Shown in pieces: positions 32,283-41,364 of a stretch of 64,000 nt of DNA (positions are counted from its first letter, which is position 1; each line of letters starts with the position of its first letter). Below the pieces are notes generated by a model that worked only from the letters and a program-made list of their open reading frames with translations, did no database searches and was not told where the DNA came from. A program made the translations under genes and the position numbers. Origin of the DNA: an uncultured Arcobacter sp. (GTDB lineage Bacteria > Campylobacterota > Campylobacteria > Campylobacterales > Arcobacteraceae); contig OZ223300.1 in NCBI GenBank assembly GCA_965140705.1, forward strand, positions 64,001 to 128,000, given 5' to 3'.

Positions 32283-32323
32283 TTAGCTATTAAAAATTAT
32301 TTAACAAAAAAGAAGTTTACTAA

Positions 32324-33640
32324 ATGACAAAAAGAATATTATTTTTAACACTTTTTATAACATCACTACTGTTTTCAAAAGAAACTCTAACCTCATATGA
32401 CCAAGCAGTAAAACTATTTAATGAAAAAGATTATGAAAAAGCTTACGAAATATTTCTTTCTTTATCAAAAAATGATTTGGAAAACCAAAATCTAAACTTC
32501 TATCTTGGAAGATGTGAATATGAACAAGGAAAATATGATATAGCAATAAGTTATTATGAGAGAATACTTTTTGCTCAACGAAATAATTTAAGAGCTCAAA
32601 TAGAAATAGCCCAAAGTAATTTGATGCTTAAAAACTATACTCAAGCAATAAAAGACTTTAATGCTGTTTTAGTAAATGCAGATACTCCAGCTGATGTAAA
32701 AAAAAGCATTGAAGAAAGACTTGCATACATAAAACAAACTATGCAAAAAAACTTTATAAGTGGTGCTTTAGTATTTGATTTAAGTTATGATTCAAATGTA
32801 AATAACTCAGCAACAGCAGGTAAATACTCAGTCTTTGTACCCCAATTGGGAACTGATTTAACTTTAAATAATGATGGAAAAGAAGAATCAGATTACTATT
32901 ATGATGCCATTGCTGTTATAAATCATGTATATAAATATAATGAAAACTTCTCTTTAAATAATAGCCTTGTAGCTTATACCCAAGATTATGATACTAAAAA
33001 AGATAGTAATATTGATGTTATCTCATTTACTTCTACTCCTACTTTTTATGAAGGGGCAAATAAATATGGCACTGGATTTGGAATTGATTATGTTAGATAC
33101 AATGATAAAGACTATTTAAAAAACTATAATCTAATATTTTCAAACTCTCATATTTTTGCACAAACAACTTTAAATGATATTACTTTTAAACTAAGTAAAA
33201 AACTCTATGACCAAGAAGAAGATAAACAAAAAAGTGCCTATGTATTTGATTTAACAAATAGCTTAAAATATAAAACAGAAGACTTTGGACTTTTTACTTT
33301 AGATACTTCATATAGTAAAGAAATAGAAATATATGAACAAAGAACAGATGTAAGTAAAGAATCATTTGAAGTAGGCTTAGAAAATAGTTTAGCTTTACCA
33401 TATAAATTTAATCTAAACACAAATATAAATAGTAAAAAAGTAATCTATAGGGATACAGATGTTAACTTTCTATCTAGAAGAGTTGATAAGATAAATAGTG
33501 TCTCACTTGGAATAAGTAGACCATTAAGAAAAAACTTAATCTTTGCCTTAAAAGGAACAGCTACAAACAATATGTCAAATCAAGCACCCTTTGATTATAG
33601 AAAACAAGTTATTAAATCTTCATTGATTTATACATTTTAA
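32324..33640 (+). CDS. TPR + outer-membrane beta-barrel protein (Slam/DUF560, T11SS-like)
   Basis: Signal peptide, TPR helices, YDSNVN barrel start, amphipathic strands, terminal YTF. Confidence 0.72.
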   Translation: MTKRILFLTLFITSLLFSKETLTSYDQAVKLFNEKDYEKAYEIFLSLSKNDLENQNLNFYLGRCEYEQGKYDIAISYYERILFAQRNNLRAQIEIAQSNLMLKNYTQAIKDFNAVLVNADTPADVKKSIEERLAYIKQTMQKNFISGALVFDLSYDSNVNNSATAGKYSVFVPQLGTDLTLNNDGKEESDYYYDAIAVINHVYKYNENFSLNNSLVAYTQDYDTKKDSNIDVISFTSTPTFYEGANKYGTGFGIDYVRYNDKDYLKNYNLIFSNSHIFAQTTLNDITFKLSKKLYDQEEDKQKSAYVFDLTNSLKYKTEDFGLFTLDTSYSKEIEIYEQRTDVSKESFEVGLENSLALPYKFNLNTNINSKKVIYRDTDVNFLSRRVDKINSVSLGISRPLRKNLIFALKGTATNNMSNQAPFDYRKQVIKSSLIYTF

Positions 33641-35202
33641 GGATTTAACATGAAAAAGATACTTTTATTACTTTTTATACTTATTAGTTTTTCATTTGCT
33701 AGTATTGGACAAATAACAGCTTTAGTTGGTGATGTTAAGATATCTAGGGATTCTAATACTATCCTAGCTAAACTTGGAGAAAAATTAGAAAAGAATGATG
33801 TTATAAATTCTTCAAAAGGTTCTAAAGCTCAAATTACCATGAATGATAATACTATTATTACCATTGGGCAAAATTCTACGTTAAATATCTTTGATTATGT
33901 TTATGATGAGAGTAAACCAAAAGATTCTAAGGCTAGCTTTGGGTTTATGAAAGGCTCTTTTAAATCTATTACTGGAGCAATAGGTAAAATCAATAAAAAA
34001 AGATTTAAACTTAGAACTAAAAGTGCAACTATTGGTATTAGAGGAACTACTATTATTGGAAATCAACAAATTATTATTTGTACTGATGGTGCTATTAGTG
34101 TTACTGCAAATAATTTTACTGTTAATGTTGATAAGCAAGAGTTTACAAGACTTCCACAAGGTAAAGCTCCAACTCCTCCTGAACCTTTAAAACAAGATAC
34201 CTTAGATAGTGTTCAAAAAGGATTAAATGCTGAATCTAGTGATAGTAATACTACAGAGTCTAAAGAAACTAAAGAGAGCACTACTTCTACTAAAAAAGAA
34301 GAAAAAGCAAGTTCTAAGGATGATGAAGGTGGAACTCTTACACCTAGTGGTAATGATGACGGAACTACTCCTAAAAAAAAGGTTACACCTCCTAAAGAAA
34401 ATATTACTACACCTCCTACAGTTTTAGAAGATACACCTCCTGTTAATCCTGAGAAGCCTGATATCCCTTTATCTGGCTTTTCAACACTTGGGTATGTAAT
34501 TGCAGCAAAGTTTGATGGAAATTCTTATTCTCTTCAAACTGGAGAAATAGAGAAAAATGAAAATAACTCTCTGATAATTATAAATAACCAAAATATTACT
34601 GATGCTACCTTTGGTGAACCAAATAAAGGGGACGTCGTAGAATTTGGAGAGTGGTCTTCAAAACAAAATCCTTATGATCAAACATTTTATATTGCAGGTA
34701 TTAAAACTGATACAAGTTATATAAGCAGTTTAATAAATAATACTTCAAAAACTACAAAATCATTTGATAACGCAGGTAATTTAATAACTGGATATATAGT
34801 TGATAATAATACTTTATACAACATTGATATTTTCTTTTCATCTTTTAACTTTTCATTTAATTTTGGTGCAGGGATAAACTCTTTTACAGGGGATATGAAC
34901 ATAAAATATTTTAATAGTAATGATAATACTGATAAGGGGGAATATGCCATAAAGTTTGCTAATGGCAAAATAAACAGTTCAGATTTTTCATCATCAGAAT
35001 TAACTCATGGAAATACCCCTATAAATGGAAGCTTACATGGTTCTTTTTATGGAAGTGGAGCAAACAAAATTGAAGGAAACGTTAACTTTAATGATGAAGT
35101 AAATAATATACAAGGGGCTGTGATATTTGGAGCTGAAGCTAACTAAAAGGAGCTAAAGGTATAAAAAAATACCATCGCCACTTTATCATAAACTGGGAAA
35201 GT
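33562..35202 (+). repeat. Tandem duplication unit 1 (1641 bp)
   Basis: Starts with the last ~79 nt of the Slam-like gene plus RBS; recurs at offset +1641. Confidence 0.9.
33650..35146 (+). CDS. FecR-domain protein with linker and TbpB-like C-terminal barrel, copy 1
   Basis: ITIGQNS, TKSATIGIRGT (FecR); T/E/K/P linker; C-terminal GSFYGSGANKIEG...IFGAE. Confidence 0.75.
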   Translation: MKKILLLLFILISFSFASIGQITALVGDVKISRDSNTILAKLGEKLEKNDVINSSKGSKAQITMNDNTIITIGQNSTLNIFDYVYDESKPKDSKASFGFMKGSFKSITGAIGKINKKRFKLRTKSATIGIRGTTIIGNQQIIICTDGAISVTANNFTVNVDKQEFTRLPQGKAPTPPEPLKQDTLDSVQKGLNAESSDSNTTESKETKESTTSTKKEEKASSKDDEGGTLTPSGNDDGTTPKKKVTPPKENITTPPTVLEDTPPVNPEKPDIPLSGFSTLGYVIAAKFDGNSYSLQTGEIEKNENNSLIIINNQNITDATFGEPNKGDVVEFGEWSSKQNPYDQTFYIAGIKTDTSYISSLINNTSKTTKSFDNAGNLITGYIVDNNTLYNIDIFFSSFNFSFNFGAGINSFTGDMNIKYFNSNDNTDKGEYAIKFANGKINSSDFSSSELTHGNTPINGSLHGSFYGSGANKIEGNVNFNDEVNNIQGAVIFGAEAN

Positions 35203-36872
35203 TACAAACAATATTTCAAATCAAGCACCCTTTGATTATAGAAAACAAGTTATTAAATCTTCATTGATTTATACATTTTAAGGATTTAACATGAAAAAGA
35301 TACTTTTATTACTTTTTATACTTATTAGTTTTTCATTTGCTAGTATTGGACAAATAACAGCTTTAGTTGGTGATGTTAAGATATCTAGGGATTCTAATAC
35401 TATCCTAGCTAAACTTGGAGAAAAATTAGAAAAGAATGATGTTATAAATTCTTCAAAAGGTTCTAAAGCTCAAATTACCATGAATGATAATACTATTATT
35501 ACCATTGGGCAAAATTCTACGTTAAATATCTTTGATTATGTTTATGATGAGAGTAAACCAAAAGATTCTAAGGCTAGTTTTGGCTTTATGAAAGGCTCTT
35601 TTAAATCTATTACTGGAGCAATAGGTAAAATCAATAAAGAGAGATTTAAACTTAGAACTAAAAGTGCAACTATTGGTATTAGAGGAACTACTATTATTGG
35701 AAATCAACAAATTATTATTTGTACTGATGGTGCTATTAGTGTTACTGCTAATAATTTTACTGTTAATGTTGACAAGCAAGAGTTTACAAGACTTCCACAA
35801 GGTAAAGCTCCAACTCCTCCTGAGCCTTTAAAACAAGACACCTTAGATAATGTTCAAAAAGGATTAAATGCTGAGTCTAGTGATAGTAATACTACAGAAT
35901 CAACAGAAACTAAAGAGAACACTACTTCTACTGAAGAAGAAAAAGCAGGAGCTAAGGATGATAAAGATGGAACTCTTAAACCTAGTGATAAAAATGATGG
36001 AACTACTCCTAAAGAAAATGTTACTACTCCTTCAGAAAATATTACACCTCCTAAAATTTTAGAAGATACACCTCTTCTTAATCCTGATAAACCTGAGATT
36101 AATCCTGATATCCCTACAGAGCATACTAGTTTTTCTGGTTTTTCAACACTCGGATATGTTTCTTTTCTAGCACGCTCTAATGGAACTTTTAGTTCTGCTC
36201 AAACTGCAGAAATAGGGTTTAAGGAAAATAATAGCGTTAATAACTACCTGGTGATTGCAAATAACAAAAATATTACTTTTCCGATTCTCTTTTATACAGG
36301 AGATTTTTACTCTGACTCAGAAGAAGAGAATTTTTTAGGCTTGGGAGAATGGCAACATAATGAGGCTATTCCTCAGTATGATAAAGGATATTGGGTTAAA
36401 GGTCTTAAAACTGATACAAGTTATATAAGCAGTTTAATGAATAATGCTTCAAAGACTACCAAATCATTTACTGGTAGTGGTGGCAAGATTAAAGGAACAA
36501 TATTGGAGAATAATAATTCATACGACATTGCTAGTAATTCATTTATGAACTTTAAATTTGATTTTGGTGCAGGGATAAACTCTTTTACAGGGAGTATGAA
36601 ATTATACTATGGCAATAATCAAGACTATACCATAGGGTTTGCTGATGGCAAAATAAATAGTTCAGGTTATTCATCAAAATTAACTCATGGAGGGGAATCT
36701 ATAAATGGAAGCTTACATGGTTCTTTTTTTGGAAGTGGAATAAAAGGATTTGGAGGAAATGTTAACTTTGATGATGGAGAGATACAAGGGACTGCAGTAT
36801 TTATAGGTGAATTTCAATAAAAGAAGCTAAAGCTCAAAGACCATCGCCACTTCATCACAAACTGGGGAAGCT
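35203..36872 (+). repeat. Tandem duplication unit 2
   Basis: Near-identical to unit 1 up to ~35895, then diverged; conserved 3' element. Confidence 0.88.
35291..36820 (+). CDS. FecR-domain protein with TbpB-like C-terminal barrel, copy 2
   Basis: First ~200 aa almost identical to copy 1; C-terminal half diverged. Confidence 0.75.
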   Translation: MKKILLLLFILISFSFASIGQITALVGDVKISRDSNTILAKLGEKLEKNDVINSSKGSKAQITMNDNTIITIGQNSTLNIFDYVYDESKPKDSKASFGFMKGSFKSITGAIGKINKERFKLRTKSATIGIRGTTIIGNQQIIICTDGAISVTANNFTVNVDKQEFTRLPQGKAPTPPEPLKQDTLDNVQKGLNAESSDSNTTESTETKENTTSTEEEKAGAKDDKDGTLKPSDKNDGTTPKENVTTPSENITPPKILEDTPLLNPDKPEINPDIPTEHTSFSGFSTLGYVSFLARSNGTFSSAQTAEIGFKENNSVNNYLVIANNKNITFPILFYTGDFYSDSEEENFLGLGEWQHNEAIPQYDKGYWVKGLKTDTSYISSLMNNASKTTKSFTGSGGKIKGTILENNNSYDIASNSFMNFKFDFGAGINSFTGSMKLYYGNNQDYTIGFADGKINSSGYSSKLTHGGESINGSLHGSFFGSGIKGFGGNVNFDDGEIQGTAVFIGEFQ

Positions 36873-36965
36873 ATACATCGTATATAAGCAAACCAGATTT
36901 TGTGTTCAGGTATTTTCTCTTTTAATAGAAATATAGTTTTATCTAAAAATCAATATGAATTTTTT

Positions 36966-37006
36966 TTCATATTCTATTCATAAAGGCGTCATGTAAAAAC
37001 TATACT
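36966..37006 (+). promoter_or_regulatory. Triple (T/G)TCAT repeat at 11-bp period followed by -10 TATACT
   Basis: ttcat 36966, ttcat 36977, gtcat 36988; tatact 37001-37006. Confidence 0.6.
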
Positions 37007-37032
37007 ATTTCCTAAAATAAAAAAGGAAATAT

Positions 37033-38115
37033 GTGTTAAGTATGTCTCTAAAAGCTTTAAAAGCCAATCCTCTAAAAACAACTTTAATATATATAAGTCT
37101 AATATTTTCAATAACATCTATTTTTCTTATTAGCTCTATTTCAAATGGAGTTATCTCTATGTACTCAAATATGCTAAAAAGTGATGGAGATATTATTATC
37201 ACTCAAGCAAAAATCTCTGATACATTTTTTTCAAATGTAAATATAAAACTAATAAAAGAAATCGAAAAATTAAAAGGTGTACAAAAAACTTCAGCGATAA
37301 TTGTAGGAGCTAGTCCAGTTGAAGAGTTACCAATCGTTGCTGTTTATGGAGTCACTCAAAATAGATTTGATAATTACAAATTAACACAAGGTTCTTATCC
37401 AAAACCAAATGAAGTACTTGTGGGAAAATCTATTTATAACTCACTTTCAAATAAAAAAACTGTACAAATAGCCGATAAAAAGTTCCAAGTATCAGGGGTC
37501 TATAAAAGTAAGATTGGCTTTGAAAATGGAGGAGTTGTTTTAAATATATCTGATGCAAGTGCCATTTTTAATAAAAGTGCTTCAATGCTAATGGTAAATA
37601 GTAAAATTAATACAAATATCAAAGACCTTATCTCAAAAATACAAGCACTAAGTTCTGATATAGAAGTAAAATCAACTCAAAACTTTGTAGATAATTATAA
37701 TCAATTTAAAATCATAAAAACCTCATCAAATCTTATAGGTCTTATCTCATTTTGTATGGGATTACTTGGAATCATTAGTATCATGAGTATAACTATAAAT
37801 CAAAGAAAAACAGAGTTTGGTATCAAAAGAGCCATAGGAATTTCAACTAAAAAAATAATCTTGCAAATCATGAGTGAAAGTACTATTTTAGGAGTTTTTA
37901 GTTTTATAAGTGCCTTTTTTATCTCTTGGATTGCCTTATATTTTATAAGAACCTCATCACTATTTCATGGGTATGTAAATGGTGAGATTTCATCTACATT
38001 GGCTGTTTATTTATTTGGCTGTTCTCTTTCAATGGCAATTTTAGGTTCAATCATTCCAGCATTAAATGCTTCAAAAATCGACCCAATCATTTTAATGCAA
38101 GGAGATAAAATATGA
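37033..38115 (+). CDS. MacB/FtsX-family ABC permease
   Basis: N-terminal TM, periplasmic domain, QRKTEFGIKRAIG, PALNASKIDPI. Confidence 0.9.
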   Translation: MLSMSLKALKANPLKTTLIYISLIFSITSIFLISSISNGVISMYSNMLKSDGDIIITQAKISDTFFSNVNIKLIKEIEKLKGVQKTSAIIVGASPVEELPIVAVYGVTQNRFDNYKLTQGSYPKPNEVLVGKSIYNSLSNKKTVQIADKKFQVSGVYKSKIGFENGGVVLNISDASAIFNKSASMLMVNSKINTNIKDLISKIQALSSDIEVKSTQNFVDNYNQFKIIKTSSNLIGLISFCMGLLGIISIMSITINQRKTEFGIKRAIGISTKKIILQIMSESTILGVFSFISAFFISWIALYFIRTSSLFHGYVNGEISSTLAVYLFGCSLSMAILGSIIPALNASKIDPIILMQGDKI

Positions 38116-38738
38116 TTATCCAAGCTTCAAATATAAACCATGATTATAATGGAGATATTGCATTAAAGAATATTCATTTACAAATAAAAAAAGGTGAATT
38201 TATCTCTTTGATTGGAGAAAGTGGAAGTGGAAAGACAACACTTCTTTCGATATTGTCAACACTTCTTAAACCTAGAAGTGGAGAATTAAACTTTGAAGAG
38301 AGTAATTATGCTGATATTACAAATATAGATAAATTTAGACAAAAAAATATCGGTTTTATTTTTCAATTTCATTATTTGATAAATTATCTAAACAACTTTG
38401 AAAATATAAAATTAGCAAATGAAGCTGCCTCAAATCATGAGATAGAGTATCTTTTAGATTTACTTGATATAAAAAATCTAGCTAAAAAATTTCCAAATGA
38501 GATATCAGGAGGTCAGCGACAAAGAGTAGCTATCGCAAGAGCACTTATAAATACTCCTAAAGTACTTTTTGCTGATGAACCAACAGGAAACTTAGATTCT
38601 AAAAATGCAAAAAAAGTTTTTGAGCTTTTTAGAAAACTATCAAAGGAAGGCATGACGATAGTTGTAGCAACACATAATAAAGAGTTAGCAGAAACTGCTG
38701 ATAGAATTTATGAAGTAAAGGATGGACAACTTGCTTAA
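38112..38738 (+). CDS. LolD/MacB-type ABC ATPase
   Basis: GESGSGKT, ISGGQRQR, ADEPTGNLD, ATH. Confidence 0.95.
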   Translation: MIIQASNINHDYNGDIALKNIHLQIKKGEFISLIGESGSGKTTLLSILSTLLKPRSGELNFEESNYADITNIDKFRQKNIGFIFQFHYLINYLNNFENIKLANEAASNHEIEYLLDLLDIKNLAKKFPNEISGGQRQRVAIARALINTPKVLFADEPTGNLDSKNAKKVFELFRKLSKEGMTIVVATHNKELAETADRIYEVKDGQLA

Positions 38739-40293
38739 TTTTAACACTTTTGTAAATAGACAATTTAAAATATCACTTATATTTTTATTTTTGGCACTAT
38801 TTTTTGGAATTTTGTATTCTATAAATTTACTTGGGTACTCTATAAACTCAACTACTTTATTACCATCAAATATACGTTCATTACATATTAGTCTTATCCT
38901 TTATGGTTTTGTTCCCTTGATGCTTTCATATTTGCCTTTTTTGATTATAAATAAAGATGGGGTACAAAGTGAAAAAGGCTTACATTACTTAAATCTATAT
39001 ACTATTTTTTGGTATATCTTTTTAGTCTTTATGATTAGTTCACTTCTTTTTGGAAATACAAGGGGTTTGGCTTTTTATGATTTTCCTTATGAATTAAACT
39101 TTATACTTGCTATTGCTGGAATTTTTTATATTATTGCTTTATACAAATATATAAAAGCCTATGAGATTATTCCTTTATGGATAAAGGTGTGTTTATGGGT
39201 AGTAGTTATTGCTCCCTTTGCCCTTTTGATTTTGATGAATCCTGTTATTGGGCAAGTTGAAAGTACAATTTCTGGACCACATGGAGATAATACTTTAGGT
39301 ATGAGTTTAGCCTTGATACCTATATATTATCTTATCATCAAACTTCTAAATGTAGGTACGTTTAAAGCTAGATGGAATATTTTGTGGATTATTCCTACAA
39401 TCTTTTATTTTAGTTCTGTTTTATATAGAACTTTTGTAGGACACTTAACATATGACCAAGAGTGGTTTTTCCAATGGCTAACTTTTCTTTATATCCCTAT
39501 TTTATACAGATGGTACAAAGATGCCCAAATTGAAACTTTTGCTAAAAAGGCTCTTCTTATTTCTATACTTGCATTTTTATTTGTAGATGTTGAGGGAAAT
39601 ATTTTATTTATTCCTGAGTTTAGATGGCTTTTTCATAGAAATGATTTAATCGTAGCACACGCTCATGTTGCTATGGGAATTGGGGTATTTTTCATGGTAA
39701 TTGCTATGTTTGTATCATATGTAAAAGAGCTTAAAAAACTCTCTTTTTATATTTTATACTTAGCTGGTCTTTTGGGTATTTTTACAGTTTTAAGTATCTC
39801 TGGATTTATTGAGGCAAATATTATTCATGGAAATATTGATTTTCTATGGGCTCTTAGAAGTATGTTTGGAGTACTTACTTTTTCATCTTTGTTTACTTTT
39901 ATTTCTTGTAAATTTGAACTTACAAATTTACAAAAGTACAATCTTTTTGGAGTATTAGCAGATGGTCTTGGTGGTGTTTTTTTAATACTACTTGCTAGTT
40001 TTATCTATCCACTTTTAGGATTTTCATTTACAGGAACTTATGAATATGTTGTTTTTGCTTTTGTGAGTACCACAGGGATTATTCACTATTTTGCTCTTAG
40101 ATACAAAGAGCATGAGCAAATACTTACAAAAATAACAGTTATAACAAGAGTAATAATAAGTTCAGTCTTTTTTGCTCTTTTTTATAACAAAACACTAGGA
40201 ATAGAAGCACTTATGATTTCTCTATTTGATGTCACTTTTGCCTCTATTTTTTTACTATTTTTTTTAGAAAGAAGAACTCGTTCTTCTCTTTAG
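38722..40293 (+). CDS. Polytopic membrane protein resembling haem-copper oxidase subunit I (CcoN/NorB-like), degenerate
   Basis: RSLH in TM2, GxTRGLAFYDFP loop, FHRNDLIVAHAHVAMG; no HH pair. Confidence 0.6.
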   Translation: MDNLLNFNTFVNRQFKISLIFLFLALFFGILYSINLLGYSINSTTLLPSNIRSLHISLILYGFVPLMLSYLPFLIINKDGVQSEKGLHYLNLYTIFWYIFLVFMISSLLFGNTRGLAFYDFPYELNFILAIAGIFYIIALYKYIKAYEIIPLWIKVCLWVVVIAPFALLILMNPVIGQVESTISGPHGDNTLGMSLALIPIYYLIIKLLNVGTFKARWNILWIIPTIFYFSSVLYRTFVGHLTYDQEWFFQWLTFLYIPILYRWYKDAQIETFAKKALLISILAFLFVDVEGNILFIPEFRWLFHRNDLIVAHAHVAMGIGVFFMVIAMFVSYVKELKKLSFYILYLAGLLGIFTVLSISGFIEANIIHGNIDFLWALRSMFGVLTFSSLFTFISCKFELTNLQKYNLFGVLADGLGGVFLILLASFIYPLLGFSFTGTYEYVVFAFVSTTGIIHYFALRYKEHEQILTKITVITRVIISSVFFALFYNKTLGIEALMISLFDVTFASIFLLFFLERRTRSSL

Positions 40294-40350
40294 AATTTGT
40301 TTCTTTAGTTGGAATTTATTTCCAACGATAAAAGAAAACCATAATATTAA

Positions 40351-40373
40351 GGTCCCTTTTAAATGGGACATTT
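40351..40373. repeat. REP-like palindromic element, copy 2
   Basis: ggtcccttttaaatgggacattt directly upstream of an AAAGGAG RBS. Confidence 0.55.
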
Positions 40374-40386
40374 AAAAGGAGAACCT

Positions 40387-41364
40387 ATGCCAAAAATAGC
40401 ACTTACACTTTTCATAGCATTTGAACTTTGTTATTACTTGCTTATTGCACAAACAGGTATTGTTGAGTATTTTTCATCAAATATCTTTTTAATAGCTTTT
40501 TTACCTATGGGGGGAGTTATTGGTTCACTATTAAGTTATTATATAAAAATATCAAATCAACAAAAGATAACTATCTTTTTATGTATGCAGTTGATTTTGA
40601 CATTTTTTTATCCAGACTTTTCAAGTTTTGAACTCTTTTTATTAGGAATTAGTGTTGGAGCTTTGGCACCATTACTTATAAATGAACTAAAAAAAGCAAG
40701 CATTATTGAATTAGGATTTGCTTTATCTATCTCATATGGAGTTGGAACTTTATTATTTAACTATGATGTTTCAAAAAGAGAGTTTATTGGAGTGGCTTTT
40801 ACTTTAATAGCCCTACTTTGTTCAACACAACTTCCAAAATTAAAAGAGATAAAAACAAATAATTCTATTGAATCATACTCTTTGTTTATCATGGTTTTAT
40901 GGATATTTTTAGATTCTGCACTTTTTGAAACCCTATCAAGGGATGTAAGTATTCCTATTTGGAGAGGTGGATATACTTTTGAAATAGTTATATTCCATAT
41001 TTTAGGTGTAATTGCAGCTTTAAAATTCAATATACAAAAACTTGAAAAAGAGTTATTTATAGTGATACTTTTTGCACTTTCTTATCTATTTTATTTCTTG
41101 CAAGAGCCACTTTTATTATCTATTGTTTATCCTTTTGTAATCTCTTATTATAATGTGACTATTTTACAATCACTTCTAAAAAAAGATTTAAAAGTACTAG
41201 CAATTTATATGGTTTTTATAGGATGGATAGCATCTGGAGCTGGCTTATTTATAGCCTTAGAAAATATTATTCTTTTTGTTCCAATTATATTTTTAATCTC
41301 ACTAATAAAAGTTTTAAATTCACAAGATACAATTCAATCAAAGGAGAAAGAATGTTTAAATTAG
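40387..41364 (+). CDS. Polytopic membrane protein, possibly MFS-like
   Basis: Roughly 11-12 hydrophobic segments; start at ATG 40387 after AAAGGAG. Confidence 0.6.
   Translation: MPKIALTLFIAFELCYYLLIAQTGIVEYFSSNIFLIAFLPMGGVIGSLLSYYIKISNQQKITIFLCMQLILTFFYPDFSSFELFLLGISVGALAPLLINELKKASIIELGFALSISYGVGTLLFNYDVSKREFIGVAFTLIALLCSTQLPKLKEIKTNNSIESYSLFIMVLWIFLDSALFETLSRDVSIPIWRGGYTFEIVIFHILGVIAALKFNIQKLEKELFIVILFALSYLFYFLQEPLLLSIVYPFVISYYNVTILQSLLKKDLKVLAIYMVFIGWIASGAGLFIALENIILFVPIIFLISLIKVLNSQDTIQSKEKECLN

Noticed and set aside
34230..34470. Low-complexity act/cct/gaa repeats as a possible repeat array or CRISPR
   Set aside because: They encode the T/P/E linker; there is no repeat-spacer periodicity and no cas gene
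33881..35800. Paired 92-aa antisense ORFs (33881-34159, 35522-35800)
   Set aside because: Their similarity is a by-product of the tandem duplication
22011..36872. Secretion block as a mobile island
   Set aside because: No integrase, transposase, tRNA or flanking direct repeats seen
36821..36925. In-frame continuation past the FecR copy 2 stop (KKLKLKDHRHFITNW...)
   Set aside because: The equivalent frame in copy 1 stops after five codons; no evidence for readthrough
41223..41351. N-terminal extension of YceI (similarly the starts at 40363 and 47635)
   Set aside because: Better RBS and signal peptide or TM start at 41352, 40387 and 47647
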